From Mustelus asterias (lineage: Eukaryota), in assembly GCF_964213995.1 (NCBI RefSeq), contig NW_027590143.1, positions 1,178,001-1,242,000 on the forward strand: a DNA stretch of 64,000 bases, read 5' to 3'. Every line of letters starts with the position of its first letter. Within the stretch, counting starts at the first letter, position 1. The translations under genes were made by a program, and so were the position numbers. Below the pieces are notes generated by a model that searched no databases, was not told the DNA's origin, and saw nothing but the letters and a program-made list of their open reading frames with translations. Positions 12,620 through 24,221 of the stretch are shown piece by piece.

Positions 12620-15137
12620 TTAAGATTGCAAAGATGATTCTGGATAGGAGCGAAAGAAACAGGGTAGTTGTACTGGGGGACTTTAACTTTACAAATATTG
12701 ACTGGAAAAGCTGTAGTTCGAGTACTTTAGAGGGGTCGGTTTTTGTCTAGTGTGTGCAGGAAGGCTTCCTGATGCACTATGTAGATAGACCTAAAGAGGC
12801 GAGGCCACATTGGATTTGGTACTGGGTAATGAACCAGGCCAGGTGTTAGGTTTGGAGGTAGATGAGCACTTTGGTGACAGTGACCATAATTCGATTACAT
12901 TTACTTTAGCAATGGAAAAGGATAGGTATATACCAAAGGGCAAGAGTTATAGCTGGGGGAAAGGAAATTATGATGCGATTAGGCGAGACATAGCTGGCAT
13001 AGGTTGAGGAAGGAAACTGCAGGGGATGGGCACAATTGTAATTTGGAACTTGTTCAAGGAACAGCGACTACGCGTCCTTGATAAATATGTACCTGTCAGG
13101 CAGGGAGGAAGCAGACATATTGAGGGAACCGTGGTTTACTAAGAAGGTTGAATCTCTTGTGAAGAGGAAGAAGGAGACTTATGTTAAGATGAGACGTGAA
13201 GGCTCAGTTAGGGCGCTTGAGAGTTACAAGTTAGCCAGGAAGGACCGAAAGAAAGAGTTAAGAAGAGCCAGGAGGGGACATGAGACATCTTTCGCAGGTA
13301 GGATCAAGGAAAACCCTAAAGCTTTCTATCGGTATGTCAGGAGTAAAAGAATGACTAGGGTAAGATTAGGGCCAGTCAAGGACAGGAGGGGGAAGTTGTG
13401 CGTGGAGTCTGAAGAGATAGGAGAGGCACTAAATGAATATTTCTCGTCGGTATTCACACTGGAGAGGGACAGTGTTGTTGAGGGGAGTACTGAGATGCAG
13501 GCTGTTGGACTGGATGGGATTGATGTTCATAAGGAGGAGGTGTTAGCAATTCTGGAAAGGGTAAAAATAGATAAGTCCCCTGGGCCGGATGGCATTTCTC
13601 CTAGGATTCTCTGGGAGGTTAGAGAGGAGATTGCAGAGCCTTTGGCTTTGATCTTTGTGTCGTCATTGTCTACAGGAACAGTGCCAGAAGACTGGAGGAT
13701 AGCAAATGTTGTCCCCTTGTTCAAGGAGGGGAATAGGGACAACCCTGGTAATTATAGACCGGTGAGCCTTACTTCTGTTGTGGGCAAAGTATTGGAAAGG
13801 ATTATAAGAGATAGGATTTATAATCACCTAGAAAGGAATAATTTGATTAGGGATAGTCAGCACGGTTTTGTGAAGGGTAGGTCGTGCCTCACAAACCTTA
13901 TTGAGTTCTTTGAGAAGGTGATCAAAGAGGTGGATGAGGGTAAAGCGGTTGATGTGGTGTATATGGATTTCAGCAAAGCGTTTGATAAGTTTCCCCATGG
14001 TAAGTTTTTGCAGAAAGTACGGACACATGGGATTGAGGGTGATTTAGTGGTTTGGATCAGGAATTGGCTAGCTGTAAGAAAACAAAGGGTGGTGGTTGAT
14101 GGGAAATATTCATCCTGGAGTTCAGTTACTGGTGGTGTACCGCAAGGATCTGTTTTGGGGCCACTGCTGTTTGTCATTTTTATTAATGACTTGGATGAGG
14201 GCATGGAAGGATGGATTAGTAAATTTGCGGATGACACTAAAGTCGGTGGAGTTGTAGACAGTGCGGAGGGAAGTGGCAGGTTACAGAGGGACATAGATAA
14301 GCTGCAGAGCTGGGTTGAGAGGTGGCAAATGGAGTTTAATGCGGAAAAGTGTGAGGTGATTCACTTTGGAAGGAGTAACAGGAATACAGAGTACTGGGCT
14401 AGTGGTAAGATACTTGGTAGTGTGGATGAACAGAGGGATCTGGGTGTCCATGTGCATAGATCCCTGAAAGTTGGCACCCAGGTTGATAGGGTTGTTAAGA
14501 AGGCGTACGGTGTGTTAGCTTTTATTGGTAGAGGGATTGAGTTTCGGAGCCAGGAGGTCATGCTGCAACTGTACAAAACTCTGGTGCGGCCGCATTTGGA
14601 GTATTGCGTACAGTTCTGATCGCCGAATTATAGGAAAGATGTGGAAGCGTTGGAAAGGGTGCAGAGGAGATTTACCAGGGATGTTGCTTGGCATGGTGGG
14701 AAAATCGTATGAAGTAAGGCTGAGGGGCTTGAGGTTGTTTTCGTTAGAGAGAAGAAGGTTAAGAGGTGACTTAATAGAGGCATACAAGATGATCAGAGGA
14801 TTAAATAGGGTGCATAGTGAGAACCTTTTTCCTCGGATGGTGTTGGCTAGCACGAGGGGACATAGCTTTAAAGTGAGGGGTGAGAGATATAGGACAGATG
14901 TTCGAGGTAGGTTCTTTACTCAGAGAGTAGTAAGGGCGTGGAATGCCCTGCCTGCAGCAATGTTGGATTCGTCAACGTTGAGAGCGTTCAAGTGGTTATT
15001 GGATAAACATATGGATGATATTGGAATAGTGTAGATTAGAGGGGCTTTATATTGGTACCACTGGTCGGCGCAACATCGAGGGCCGAAGGGCCTGTACTGC
15101 GCTGTAATGTTCTATGTTCTATGTTCTATTTTCTATT
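12620..15137 (+). mobile_element. CR1 LINE, 5'-truncated in the APE domain, with several stops and frameshifts
   Basis: GDFN, DLVL, SDHN, QHGF, DFSKAFD, GVPQGSVLGP and FADD motifs; (TTCTATG)n tail. Confidence 0.96.
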
Positions 15138-15270
15138 GAAGTGAATCTCATTTCAAAATGAGAACACAAAGGAAGAAAATATCAATCCAGGATTAAATCC
15201 TGAGTAAAATGGTTCACAATACTTGGAACAAGGTGCAGCTGTGAATGATGTTATTGATGATTGAGTTGAA

Positions 15271-15475
15271 AGTCCAGTAAGTAGTCTCAAAACACCACAT
15301 TAGAGTTCAACAGGTTTATTTGGTGGCACGAGCTTTCGGAGCTCTGCTCCTTCATCAAGTGAAGGAGTTGCGCTCCGAAAGCTCTTGCTACCAAATAAAC
15401 CTGTTGGAATTTAACCTGGTGTGGTGAGAATTCTTACTGTGCCTATCCCAGTCCAATGCCGGCATCTCCACATCA
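15271..15475. mobile_element. Penelope-like terminal-repeat remnant (fold-back) with 9-bp TSD
   Basis: Long inverted repeat centred near 15358; same sequence as the end of the GIY-YIG element at 55194-55280; TGAGTTGAA at 15262-15270 and 15476-15484. Confidence 0.8.
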
Positions 15476-16187
15476 TGAGTTGAAGGTAATGTAGCCTTGG
15501 GCTTCTGCTGGTCAATTCCATTCTTTACCGTTTAATTTCTCTCTGTGGTAAGAGACATGGATTCATTTTACTGCATGCTCCTCGGAGAAAGGGAATACCC
15601 ACCACACACAGCAACCATGTGGGAACAAAATAACCAAAGGGACTTGTATGGAACTGTAAACGGTGTGGCCATCCTGTAGTTCTGGATCAACTTTTGCAGC
15701 AATAGAATTTGGTCGGATCTGTAGAGAAATCATTAACGCCCTAATTTAAGATATCTGTCGCAGCTCGGTTATTAAAGGAGTGATTGGTAGTTCGAAACAA
15801 TCCAGGAACGGAAATTATACTCTTCTCTCCCCAGCAGCATTCATGCGCAAACATTTGCGGGTAGGTAATGGATCCGTGGGCGCCCATAAAAATGTCTCCC
15901 AGTGTTGCCAACGTAACTTAGTTAATAAATATTCATTTCATACAGATTAAATTAAGTATATACATGTTTCAATTGTGCTATTAAACATAAGATTCAGTGT
16001 TGAAACATTAATTCATGGCTGAACATTTGTTTAAGTTCTATTTTCCCACCCGCTCTCCTTCATTGCCGGAGAGATCAAAAATCTGTCTATCCCACAATAA
16101 AATGTGTTAAATGATGGAGCATCCCGAACTTTCTGGAAGAGAAAATGCCAACGATTCCCAACATTTTGAGTGGAGTAATTTCTCCTC

Positions 16188-16522
16188 ATCGCTTCTCGGC
16201 CTTTTGGCTAAGATCAAGTGTAGTATGGATAGGATGCTGCACTTGGTTGAGGTCGTTAGGTCACATTTAAGCTTCATTTTCATATGAAGCATTTTTTTAA
16301 AGCGGCATCCCGGAATTTTGGCTAAGATGCACATGAGATCAAGCTTTGGAGGAGGAAGACCTGCGCCCACTCCAATCAGCTTGGCTCATGTAGATCAGGC
16401 CCAAGACAGGGGTTGCAGACCCTGTCTTGTCAGCTTGGATCGGGAATGCCTCAAATTGTTGACATTCTGAATTGGACTTCATTTGATTGAACTGGAAAAG
16501 TATGTTTTTTAAAATTCTCTTC
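16188..16522 (+). mobile_element. U2 snRNA-headed SINE-like unit 1
   Basis: Starts with U2 nt 1-39 (ATCGCTTCTCGGCCTTTTGGCTAAGATCAAGTGTAGTAT), then a non-U2 body, a second U2-like head, a hairpin, an A/T-rich end and a target copy. Confidence 0.75.
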
Positions 16523-17066
16523 ATCGCTTCTCGGCCTTTTGGCTAAGATCAAGTGTTAGTATCGACATGCTGTACTTGGTGGAAGTCATAAGGTTACATT
16601 ATAGCTTAATTATAAGCAATTTTTAAAAGCGGCATCTCGGACATTTGGCTAAGATACAAATGAGATCAAGCCTTGGAGGAGGAGCTATGCCTCCTCCAAT
16701 CAGCTTGGATCATGTAGTTCAGGCCCAAGACGGGAGGGGAGAGCCCTGTCTTGTCAGCTTGGATCGGGAATGTCTCAATTTGTTGTGACTCTGAATTGGA
16801 CTTGATTTAGAACATAGAACATAGAACAGTACAGCACAGAACAGGCCCTTCGGCCCACGATGTTGTGCCGAGCTTTATCTGAAACCAAGATCAAGCTATC
16901 CCACTCCCTATCATCCTGGTGTGCTCCATGTGCCTATCCAATAACCGCTTGAATGTTTCTAAAGTGTCTGACTCACTATCACTGCAGGCAGTCCATTCCA
17001 CACCCCAACCACTCTCTGCGTAAACATTTGAATTGGAATAAAAAAACATTTTAAAAAATTCTCCTC
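16523..17066 (+). mobile_element. U2 snRNA-headed SINE-like unit 2 (contains a CR1 3' fragment)
   Basis: Same organisation as unit 1; U2 head starts at 16523. Confidence 0.75.
16809..17024 (-). mobile_element. CR1 3'-end fragment nested in unit 2
   Basis: (AGAACAT)n reverse tail followed by ACAGTACAGCACAGAACAGGCCCTTCGGCCC. Confidence 0.88.
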
Positions 17067-17388
17067 ATCGCTTATCGGCCTTTTGGCTAAGATCAAGTGT
17101 AGTGTCGACATGCTCTACTTGGTTGAAGTCATAAGGTTACAATGTAGCTTCATTATAAGCAATTTTTTAAAGCGGCATATCGGCCTTTTGGCTAAAATGC
17201 AAATGAGATCAAGCCTTGGAGGAGGTGCAATGCCTGCTCCAATTAGCTTGGACCATGTAGATCAAGCCCAAGACAGGACGTGGGAACCATCTGTCGTCAG
17301 CTTGGATCGGGAATGTCTCACTTGCTGAGGCTTTGAATTGGACTTTGAGTGGATTGAATTGGATATATAAACAAAACAAATTCTCCTC
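17067..17388 (+). mobile_element. U2 snRNA-headed SINE-like unit 3
   Basis: U2 head ATCGCTTATCGGCCTTTTGGCTAAGATCAAGTGTAGT; ends in an A-rich tract and AATTCTCCTCATC before CR1 resumes. Confidence 0.75.
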
Positions 17389-18399
17389 ATCTCAGTACTA
17401 AATGTCCTAAAGTCCTCGTCCCTTATCCTGAGACTGTGTCCCATATTTTAAATTCTTTGATATCTCAGAATGCACCCGATTTAATCCATTCATTCTTGTG
17501 TAGGTATCAATGAGATAGTATATCATTCTGCTGAACTCCAGAGAAATTGAGCCCAATTTACCCAACCTCTCATAATAGGACAAGCCCTTCATCTCAGAGA
17601 ATAACCTAGTGAAGTTTTGTTGTACCGTCTCCATTAGAAGTACATCCTGTCTTAAATGCAAAACCCCAAAACTGGACGCAGTATTCCAAATGAGGTATTG
17701 GCAATACCCTGAGCAACTGCAGCAATGCTTCGAAGGTGACAAAAAGTAACTCCGTACAAAAGACTGAAAGGAGAGCGTGACTGCGGATAATTTGCACTGT
17801 GCAAATTCCTGTAATCTGTGTCATGGAGAATTAGGAAGCTAAGATCCTGGTGCCTCTATCCCCTGCCATCTGTGAACTCCCTCTCTTCACACAACCTTGT
17901 GTCCTACAATCCCGATCCTCCCTCCATTCCAGGTAAAGCTCGGTCTCACCAATGTTTTGTGTCTGCATCAAGAAGTTAATTGATTCTAGGTGCTGGACGG
18001 TCAGAGGGAGCTGAAGGAGAGGCAACAACAGAAACAGAAAGAGATGCAACAAGAAAATATTGAACAAAGGATCTGCATCAATTGCTTTCAGTGTCGGATA
18101 TCTGCCTTGTGTGGCCTCATACGTATCACATGAGTTGCAATGATGAGGTTGGTGAGGCTTGGAAATTGAACGTTACACATCAGCAGCTTATGGGACTATT
18201 TAATCTCACTGCCAATTTCTTGTTCCAGTTAACAGCATTCGTGTTTCCACTGGCTAAGAAGTCAATTTTGTTCAAGTTAAACATGACAATTTCAAGGAGA
18301 AACTTGTTTCTGGTGAAAATAAGTCTGAAAAGAAAATGAAAGCCAAAGGTTTCATATATCAATTAGATCTTTTCTTTTAAAAACGAGCAAGCCGTAATT

Positions 18400-18471
18400 T
18401 CCCTGGTTGTCTCGTGGTTAGGTTTCAGTGCTGATACTGTCACCGCCTGGGTTCGAATCCTAGTCAGAGCA
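18400..18471 (+). pseudogene. tRNA-Glu-derived pseudogene
   Basis: TCCCTGG..GTGGTTAGG..GGGTTCGAATCC; anticodon arm mutated. Confidence 0.75.
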
Positions 18472-18682
18472 AAAAAATTCATTCTTGTGCAACAACCATT
18501 AATAGATTTGTGGTCAGTACTCGTGAGGGAGATGAACGACTTTGTGCTTGATTTGGAAATGTCATGTTCAGCGATCAAGAACAGGAATCGGACAGCGATA
18601 GGCTGCAAAGCGCTGACGATAGAGATGGTAATACAAGATCAAATCTGGCGAATAATGCTTACAAAGACCAAAGAACAAAGAA

Positions 18683-19896
18683 AGGTTGACGAAGGAAGGG
18701 CCATGGATGTCGTCTATATGGACTTTAGTAAAGCGTTTGACAAAGTCCCTCATGGTAGGCTGGTGAAAAAGGTTGGATCTTATGGGATAAGGGGGGAGGT
18801 GGCTAGATGGGTGGAGAACTGGCTTGGTCACAGAAGACAGAGGGTGGTAGTGGAAGTGTCTTTTTCCGGCTGGAGGCCTGTGACTAGTGGTGTTCCGCAG
18901 GGCTCTGTATTGGGACCTCTGCTGTTTGTGATTTATATAAACGATCTGGAAGAAGGTGTAACTGGGGTGATCAGTAAGTTTGCGGACGACACAAAATTGG
19001 CAGGACTTGCAGATAGTGAGGAGCATTGTCAGAAGCTACAGAAAGATATAGATAGGCTGGAAATTTGGGCAAAGAAATGGCAGATGGAGTTCAATCCTGA
19101 TCACTGCCAAGTGATACATTTTGGTAGAAATAATGTAGGGAGGAGCTCCACGATAAATGGCAGAACCATAAAGGGTATAGATATGCAGAGGGACCTGGGT
19201 GTGCAAGTCCACAGATCCTTGAAGGTGACGTCACAGGTGGAAAGGGTGGTGAAGAAGGCATATGGCATCCTTGCCTTTATAGCACGGGGCATAGAGTATA
19301 AAAGTTGGGGTCTGATGTTGCAGATGTATAGAACGTTGGTTCGGCCGCATTTGGAATACTGCGTCCAGTTCTGACCGCCACAGGACCAGAAGGGCGTGGA
19401 GGCTTTGGAGAGAGTACAGAGGAGGTTTACCAGGATGTTGCCTGGTATGGAGGGGCTTAGTTATGAGGAGAGATTGGGTAAACTGGGGTTGTTCTCCCTG
19501 GAAAGACGGAGGATGAGGGGAGACTTAATAGAGGTATATAAAATTATGAAAGGCATAGATAGGGTGAACGGTGGGAAGCTTTTCCCCAGGTCGGTGGTGA
19601 CGTTCACGAGGGGTCATAGGTTCAAGGTGAAGGGGCGGGGGGGGGGGGGGGAGAGGTTTATCACAGATATCAGAAGGACATATTTTACACAGAGGGTGGT
19701 TGGGGCCTGGAATGCGCTGCCAGGCAAGGTGGTGGAGGCGGACACACTGGGAACGTTTAAGACTTATCTAGACAGCCATATGAACGGAGTGGGAATGGAG
19801 GGATACAAAAGAATGGTCTAGTTTGGACCAGGGAGCGGCACGGGCTTGGAGGGCCGAAGGGCCTGTTCCTGTGCTGTATTGTTCTTTGTTCTTTGT
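18683..19896 (+). mobile_element. CR1 LINE, 5'-truncated
   Basis: RT motifs DFSKAFD, GVPQGSVLGP, FADD; one stop at 19372-19374; (TTCTTTG)n tail. Confidence 0.95.
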
Positions 19897-20740
19897 CAAC
19901 AAAGAAAACTACAGCACAGGAACAGGCCCTTCGGCCCTCCCGGCCTGCACCGACCATGCTACCCAACTTAACTAAAAACCCCTACGTTTCCGGGAACCAT
20001 ATCCCTCTATTCCCATCTCATTCATGTACTTGTCAAGACGCCCCTTAAAAGTCACTACCGTATCCGCTTCCACTATCTCCCCCGGCAACAAGTTCCAGGC
20101 ACCCACCACTCTCTGTGTAAAAACCCTGCCTTGTGCGTCTCTTTTAAAAATTGCTTCTCGCACCTTAAACCTATGCCCCCTAGTAATTGACTCTTCCACC
20201 CTGGGAAAGAAGCTCCTGACTATCCACTCTGTCCATGCCTCTCATAATCTTGTTGACTTCTATCAGATCTCCCCTCAATCTCCTTCGCTCCAGTAAGAAC
20301 AAACCAAGTTTCTCCAAACTCTCCTCATAGCTAATGCCCTCCATACCTGGCAACATCCTGGTAAATCTTTTCTGTACCCTCTCCAAAGCCTCCACATCCT
20401 TCTGGTCGTGCGGCGACCAGAACTGAACACCATATTCCAAGTGCAGCTTCACTAAGGTTCAATAAAGCGTCAACATGACTTTCCAATTTTTTAACTCAAT
20501 ACCTCGGCCGATGAAGGCAATCATGCCGTCTGCCTTCTTGACTACCTTCCCCACCTGCATTGGCACTTTCAGTGACATGTGTACCTGTACACCCAGATCC
20601 CTTTGCCTATCAATACTCCGAAGGGTTCTGCCATTTACTGTATATTTCCTATCTGTATTGGACCTTCCAAAATGCATTACCTCACATTTGTCCGGACGAA
20701 ACTCCATCTGCCATCTCTCCCCCCAAGTCTCCAACTGATC
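19897..20740 (-). mobile_element. CR1 LINE, 5'-truncated, tail-to-tail with the previous copy
   Basis: Minus-strand ORFs 19972..20734 with KCEVMHFG, HLEYGVQFW and TQRVVGAWN. Confidence 0.95.
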
Positions 20741-21013
20741 TACTTTTTGTAGTGTTTCTTATTTCCACTGACAGCATTATATCCCCGATCTCGGTCCAAA
20801 TATGATACTAAATGATTTACAAACAAACTTCTCGCTGAATTAAGCACCAAACTCTTCGACTTCCAATGGAGTACAGGCAGCTTTCATTCAGAAACCAGTA
20901 CCTGATGTATTCACAAAGCGGCATGGAGAAAGACTCAGTTTAGGCGGTGTCACTGCCGGAGGAATGGAGAGCTGAAATTCACCCAGGAAAGCAGAAAAGT
21001 TTAAAAACAATGA

Positions 21014-21086
21014 CACCCGAAGTGGGGCTCAAACCCACGACCCTAACATTAAGAGTCTCATGCTCTACCGACTGAGCTAGCCAAGC
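21014..21086 (-). pseudogene. tRNA-Lys(CTT)-derived, probably a pseudogene
   Basis: Full-length match to vertebrate Lys-CTT, but T loop TTCG>TTTG and anticodon-stem mismatches. Confidence 0.85.
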
Positions 21087-21217
21087 ACATTGCGGCAGCT
21101 GTGCTTCAAGCCCCAAAATACGGGGACCACAAACGTGCTTTTCCATCTGGCATCTCAGATTGTTCAAATTTCAAAGTGGCGAATACAGTCGACCTACAGA
21201 ATCGCCAAGGTTACAAT

Positions 21218-21993
21218 TGAAGTCGGTAAAAATACCTCTGAGGCTAGTCTGAGTCAAAATACAGTAAGGCTTTATTCTCACAAGCTTGCAGGAGAACCTG
21301 ACCCCTTGAAAGCGGAAGCCAAAGTTCTCTCTGAACACAAGAAGCGTGGACATTTATACATCAGGGTTCCCAATACAAGTCATAAAGCAAAGTTCAGTTA
21401 ACAGTCATTGATCATAAATTATAGTTCCTTTAACAGCTTCTGATAGTCTCTAACCATAAACCAGAGTGTATCTGTGTCATAAAGCACAATTCTCCTGGTA
21501 GCTGTAGTCAAGATGCAACCTCTGGTCCCCTGCTCTTCCCGCAGCTTTTCCTTTGAAGTGACTGTGTGCGATTGCAGCTGTCCCAGTGGGAGTCCTCCTT
21601 CAAACGGCCATTCTCGCACTCTACCATTTGGTAGCTGCTTCCTTTGTATAAGTCATACACAAGCCTACGGGGAAGGTAAGACTTACAACCCAACATTTAT
21701 GTTTAACTATCTGTTTTATCAGAATGATATAAACAAGCGAGGGAGCCATGAACAAATGGCTTACACTACTAAAAGTTAAAGATGAAAGACATGAACAAGT
21801 GGCTTATACTACTAAAAGCAAAAGAGGAAACCAAGAACAAATGGCTTATACTACTAACAGGAGCAATATAAACAAAGGGGAGACGAGCCATAAGGAAGGG
21901 TTATGTTTGTGATACATTCCAGGTACAAAGTTCAACCTTTTAGGTACAAAATACATTGAGTGCAAAAAAAAAATTACCCCTTTCCCTTCTTCA
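21218..21993 (-). mobile_element. Solo LTR (ERV or Gypsy type), 776 bp
   Basis: Termini TGAAG...CTTCA; 4-bp TSD CAAT (21214-21217 and 21994-21997); empty site in the paralog at ~32416-32434; minus-strand TATAAA 21353-21358 and AATAAA 21271-21276; three internal repeats at 21749-21860. Confidence 0.85.
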
Positions 21994-23015
21994 CAATGCA
22001 TTCCTCTCAATTATCATTAACATTATTCACATCTTACTCTCCTTTGCTGCACCTCACTCTAAACTTCACAAACTCCTCTTACATAATTCACCTTAATTAT
22101 TTTTGTCAGAAACATTTTGACATGACCTGCTGACCTGACTCCTCAAAGGGTAAACCAGCAGGAAGTTTGGCAGAGGCGGGAACTGAGACCAAATCGCCAC
22201 AGACACTAGAACTTGAAATAATACCTCAGGTCGTCCAGCCACACTGCCACCATAACATCACCATAATCATTGTCTTGACTTCACTGATTAGCGTATGGTT
22301 AACATGGACAGAGGTGGGCCATTTGGCCCCTCGGGCATTCTCAACTACTTAATAAGAAATGTCCTGAACTTTTGCACTGTTCCGTTTACCTTTGTATAGC
22401 ATATTAATCTGAAGCTACACAACTAAGGTGAATATCCCTGAAGGATGATGATTCAGCTCTGAAACGTTAACTCTGTTTCTGTCTCGAATTGTTGAGTTGA
22501 TCCAGCATTTTCTGTTTTTATTTCGGATTTCCGGCGTTTGCGGTATTTTTGTTTTTTTATCAGTTGAATAAATAACAGCCGATGTTGATCTGGGGCTATA
22601 GTGACTTTATTTGCCATGACCTCATTAAATGGTGGAGGAGGCTCAATGGGATAGATGACTTTGTCTTACTCCATTATTTCTGTTTCCTGGCAGCCCAGAT
22701 ATGACACCAATTGCTTCCTGTGGTAGCGTTGCTGGGTCGTCTAAGGCACTGAATCCAGCATAATAATAACGGGGAAATATTGGAATCTAATCATATCACT
22801 TTCAAATGTTAATTTACTTTAGAAGTCATGGAACACAATTCGTTGATCAAGTTAGGAAAAAATAACGCCACAGGGTGTATCATGATTCATTTTGATAGGA
22901 GGAAACAGGAGGACCAATGTAAATATAAATTCATGTGGACAAGAGACGGGCTTGTGGAACCAGGTTACTTTCCCCTCCAGAAAACAACACTTGCTTCAGG
23001 TAACAATATTGCAGT

Positions 23016-23084
23016 GCTTCTGTACTGGTTGTCACGTTTGACTTACACGCGGAAGAATCCCCACATCGAAACTGATCAGAAACA
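23016..23084 (+). pseudogene. tRNA-Val(TAC)-derived pseudogene
   Basis: GGTTGTCACGTTTGACTTACACGC..TCGAAAC..AGAAACA, with deletions. Confidence 0.6.
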
Positions 23085-23746
23085 TTTCCATACGTTTTTA
23101 ATGTCAATGCCATTCGGATTTCATTAATGGTCACCAACTTTATTGAGCTGCAGAGCACTTGTTGCATTTTCTAATTGTGAACTCAGGAATCACTCGGCAA
23201 CAAAAATAAAACAAGAAGGAAGGTCACTGATAGAGACCAAGGCAGGGTAGATTAATTGCCACAAGGAATGATGGACAAGGCAAAATTGAGCTGGTGATTC
23301 AGAATAAGGAAATGCTGGAAAAACAGGTCAGGCAGCACTTGTGAAGAAAGAAGAGAGCCAAGGTTGAAACGTTATTCCACAGATGCTGTCTGCCCTGCTG
23401 AGTTATTCCAGCATTTTCTGTTTGTATTTCAAGTTCCAGCATCCGCAGTATTTTGCGTTGATCCTTTGAGCTGGTGATGGTGGAGCCTGGGCGGTCTCGT
23501 GGTTCAGAGTCAATGCTTTCCCCGCAAAGGCCGGGCTCAATCACAAACTGTTAAATAAACAGTGCATTTTGAAAGTGAAAGTTGTTCTGTACCAATAGGT
23601 GAACGGATCTGAACACAAGAGGTATTTTCTGTAATTGGTTACAACTTGATAGAATGAATGTATTACAATGTATGCAGCTCAAGAGGCTTGAACTGATGCA
23701 ACGAGTAGAAAGATGTTCAACTAATTGCAAATCTCTTGCATGTACT

Positions 23747-23809
23747 TCCCTCTGAGACTCGTGGTCAGGATTCGGCACTGTGACCCGGGCTTAATTTCAA
23801 GCCATGGAA
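23747..23809 (+). pseudogene. tRNA-Glu-derived remnant
   Basis: TCCC..GTGGTCAGGATTCGGCAC..CCATGGAA with an internal deletion. Confidence 0.5.
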
Positions 23810-24149
23810 TTAATAACTTTTTATTTAGTTCTTCATTAAGTGGAAACATGTCTCTGCGAACGGAGTAACAAATTAATATTCGAACTGGGGAAACTTGAAT
23901 CAGAGCTGGAAAATCAGAGATGTAACATGAACAATAAACTCTCAAGAAGAATCACACAACAGACACTTGGCAGGCATTGATCATTTAATGTGATTGACAC
24001 GTGTTAAATTCTGCCGCTTTCAAGTCGTATCTTTTATCTCCCTGCCCTCTATCGCAGATATTTCCACATCAATCCAATATCACCCATCTGAAAATTGAGC
24101 CTCGTTCCACAGATTGTGATACACTCACTGTGGTCAGTGCGTGGCAGTT

Positions 24150-24221
24150 GGCTCCATAGCTCAGTGGTTAGAGCCTTAGTTTTGCAAACCAGGGCCGCAA
24201 GTTCACTTGTCGTTGGAGCCT
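24150..24221 (+). pseudogene. tRNA-Thr(TGT)-derived pseudogene (loop now reads TGC)
   Basis: GGCTCCATAGCTCAGTGGTTAGAGC..AAACCAGGG..TGGAGCCT; T arm disrupted. Confidence 0.8.

Larger units (their letters stand above)
15985..17735 (-). mobile_element. Degraded CR1 LINE split by the U2-headed array
   Basis: Right part reads GHSLRIR..FSTEMRR and left part continues MRRNYSTQNVGNRW, i.e. the interrupted FRTEMRRNFFTQRVV motif. Confidence 0.85.

Noticed and set aside
16188-17105. Functional U2 snRNA gene array
   Set aside because: Only ~39 nt of U2 per unit; no intact Sm site or 3' stem-loops; embedded in a CR1 with target duplications
16188-17388. CRISPR-like repeat-spacer array
   Set aside because: The intervening sequences are homologous to each other rather than unique spacers, and the context is eukaryotic with no cas genes
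18487-18682. Novel domain fused to RT in the 295-aa ORF
   Set aside because: Chance open frame across flank and a CR1 tail upstream of a truncated CR1
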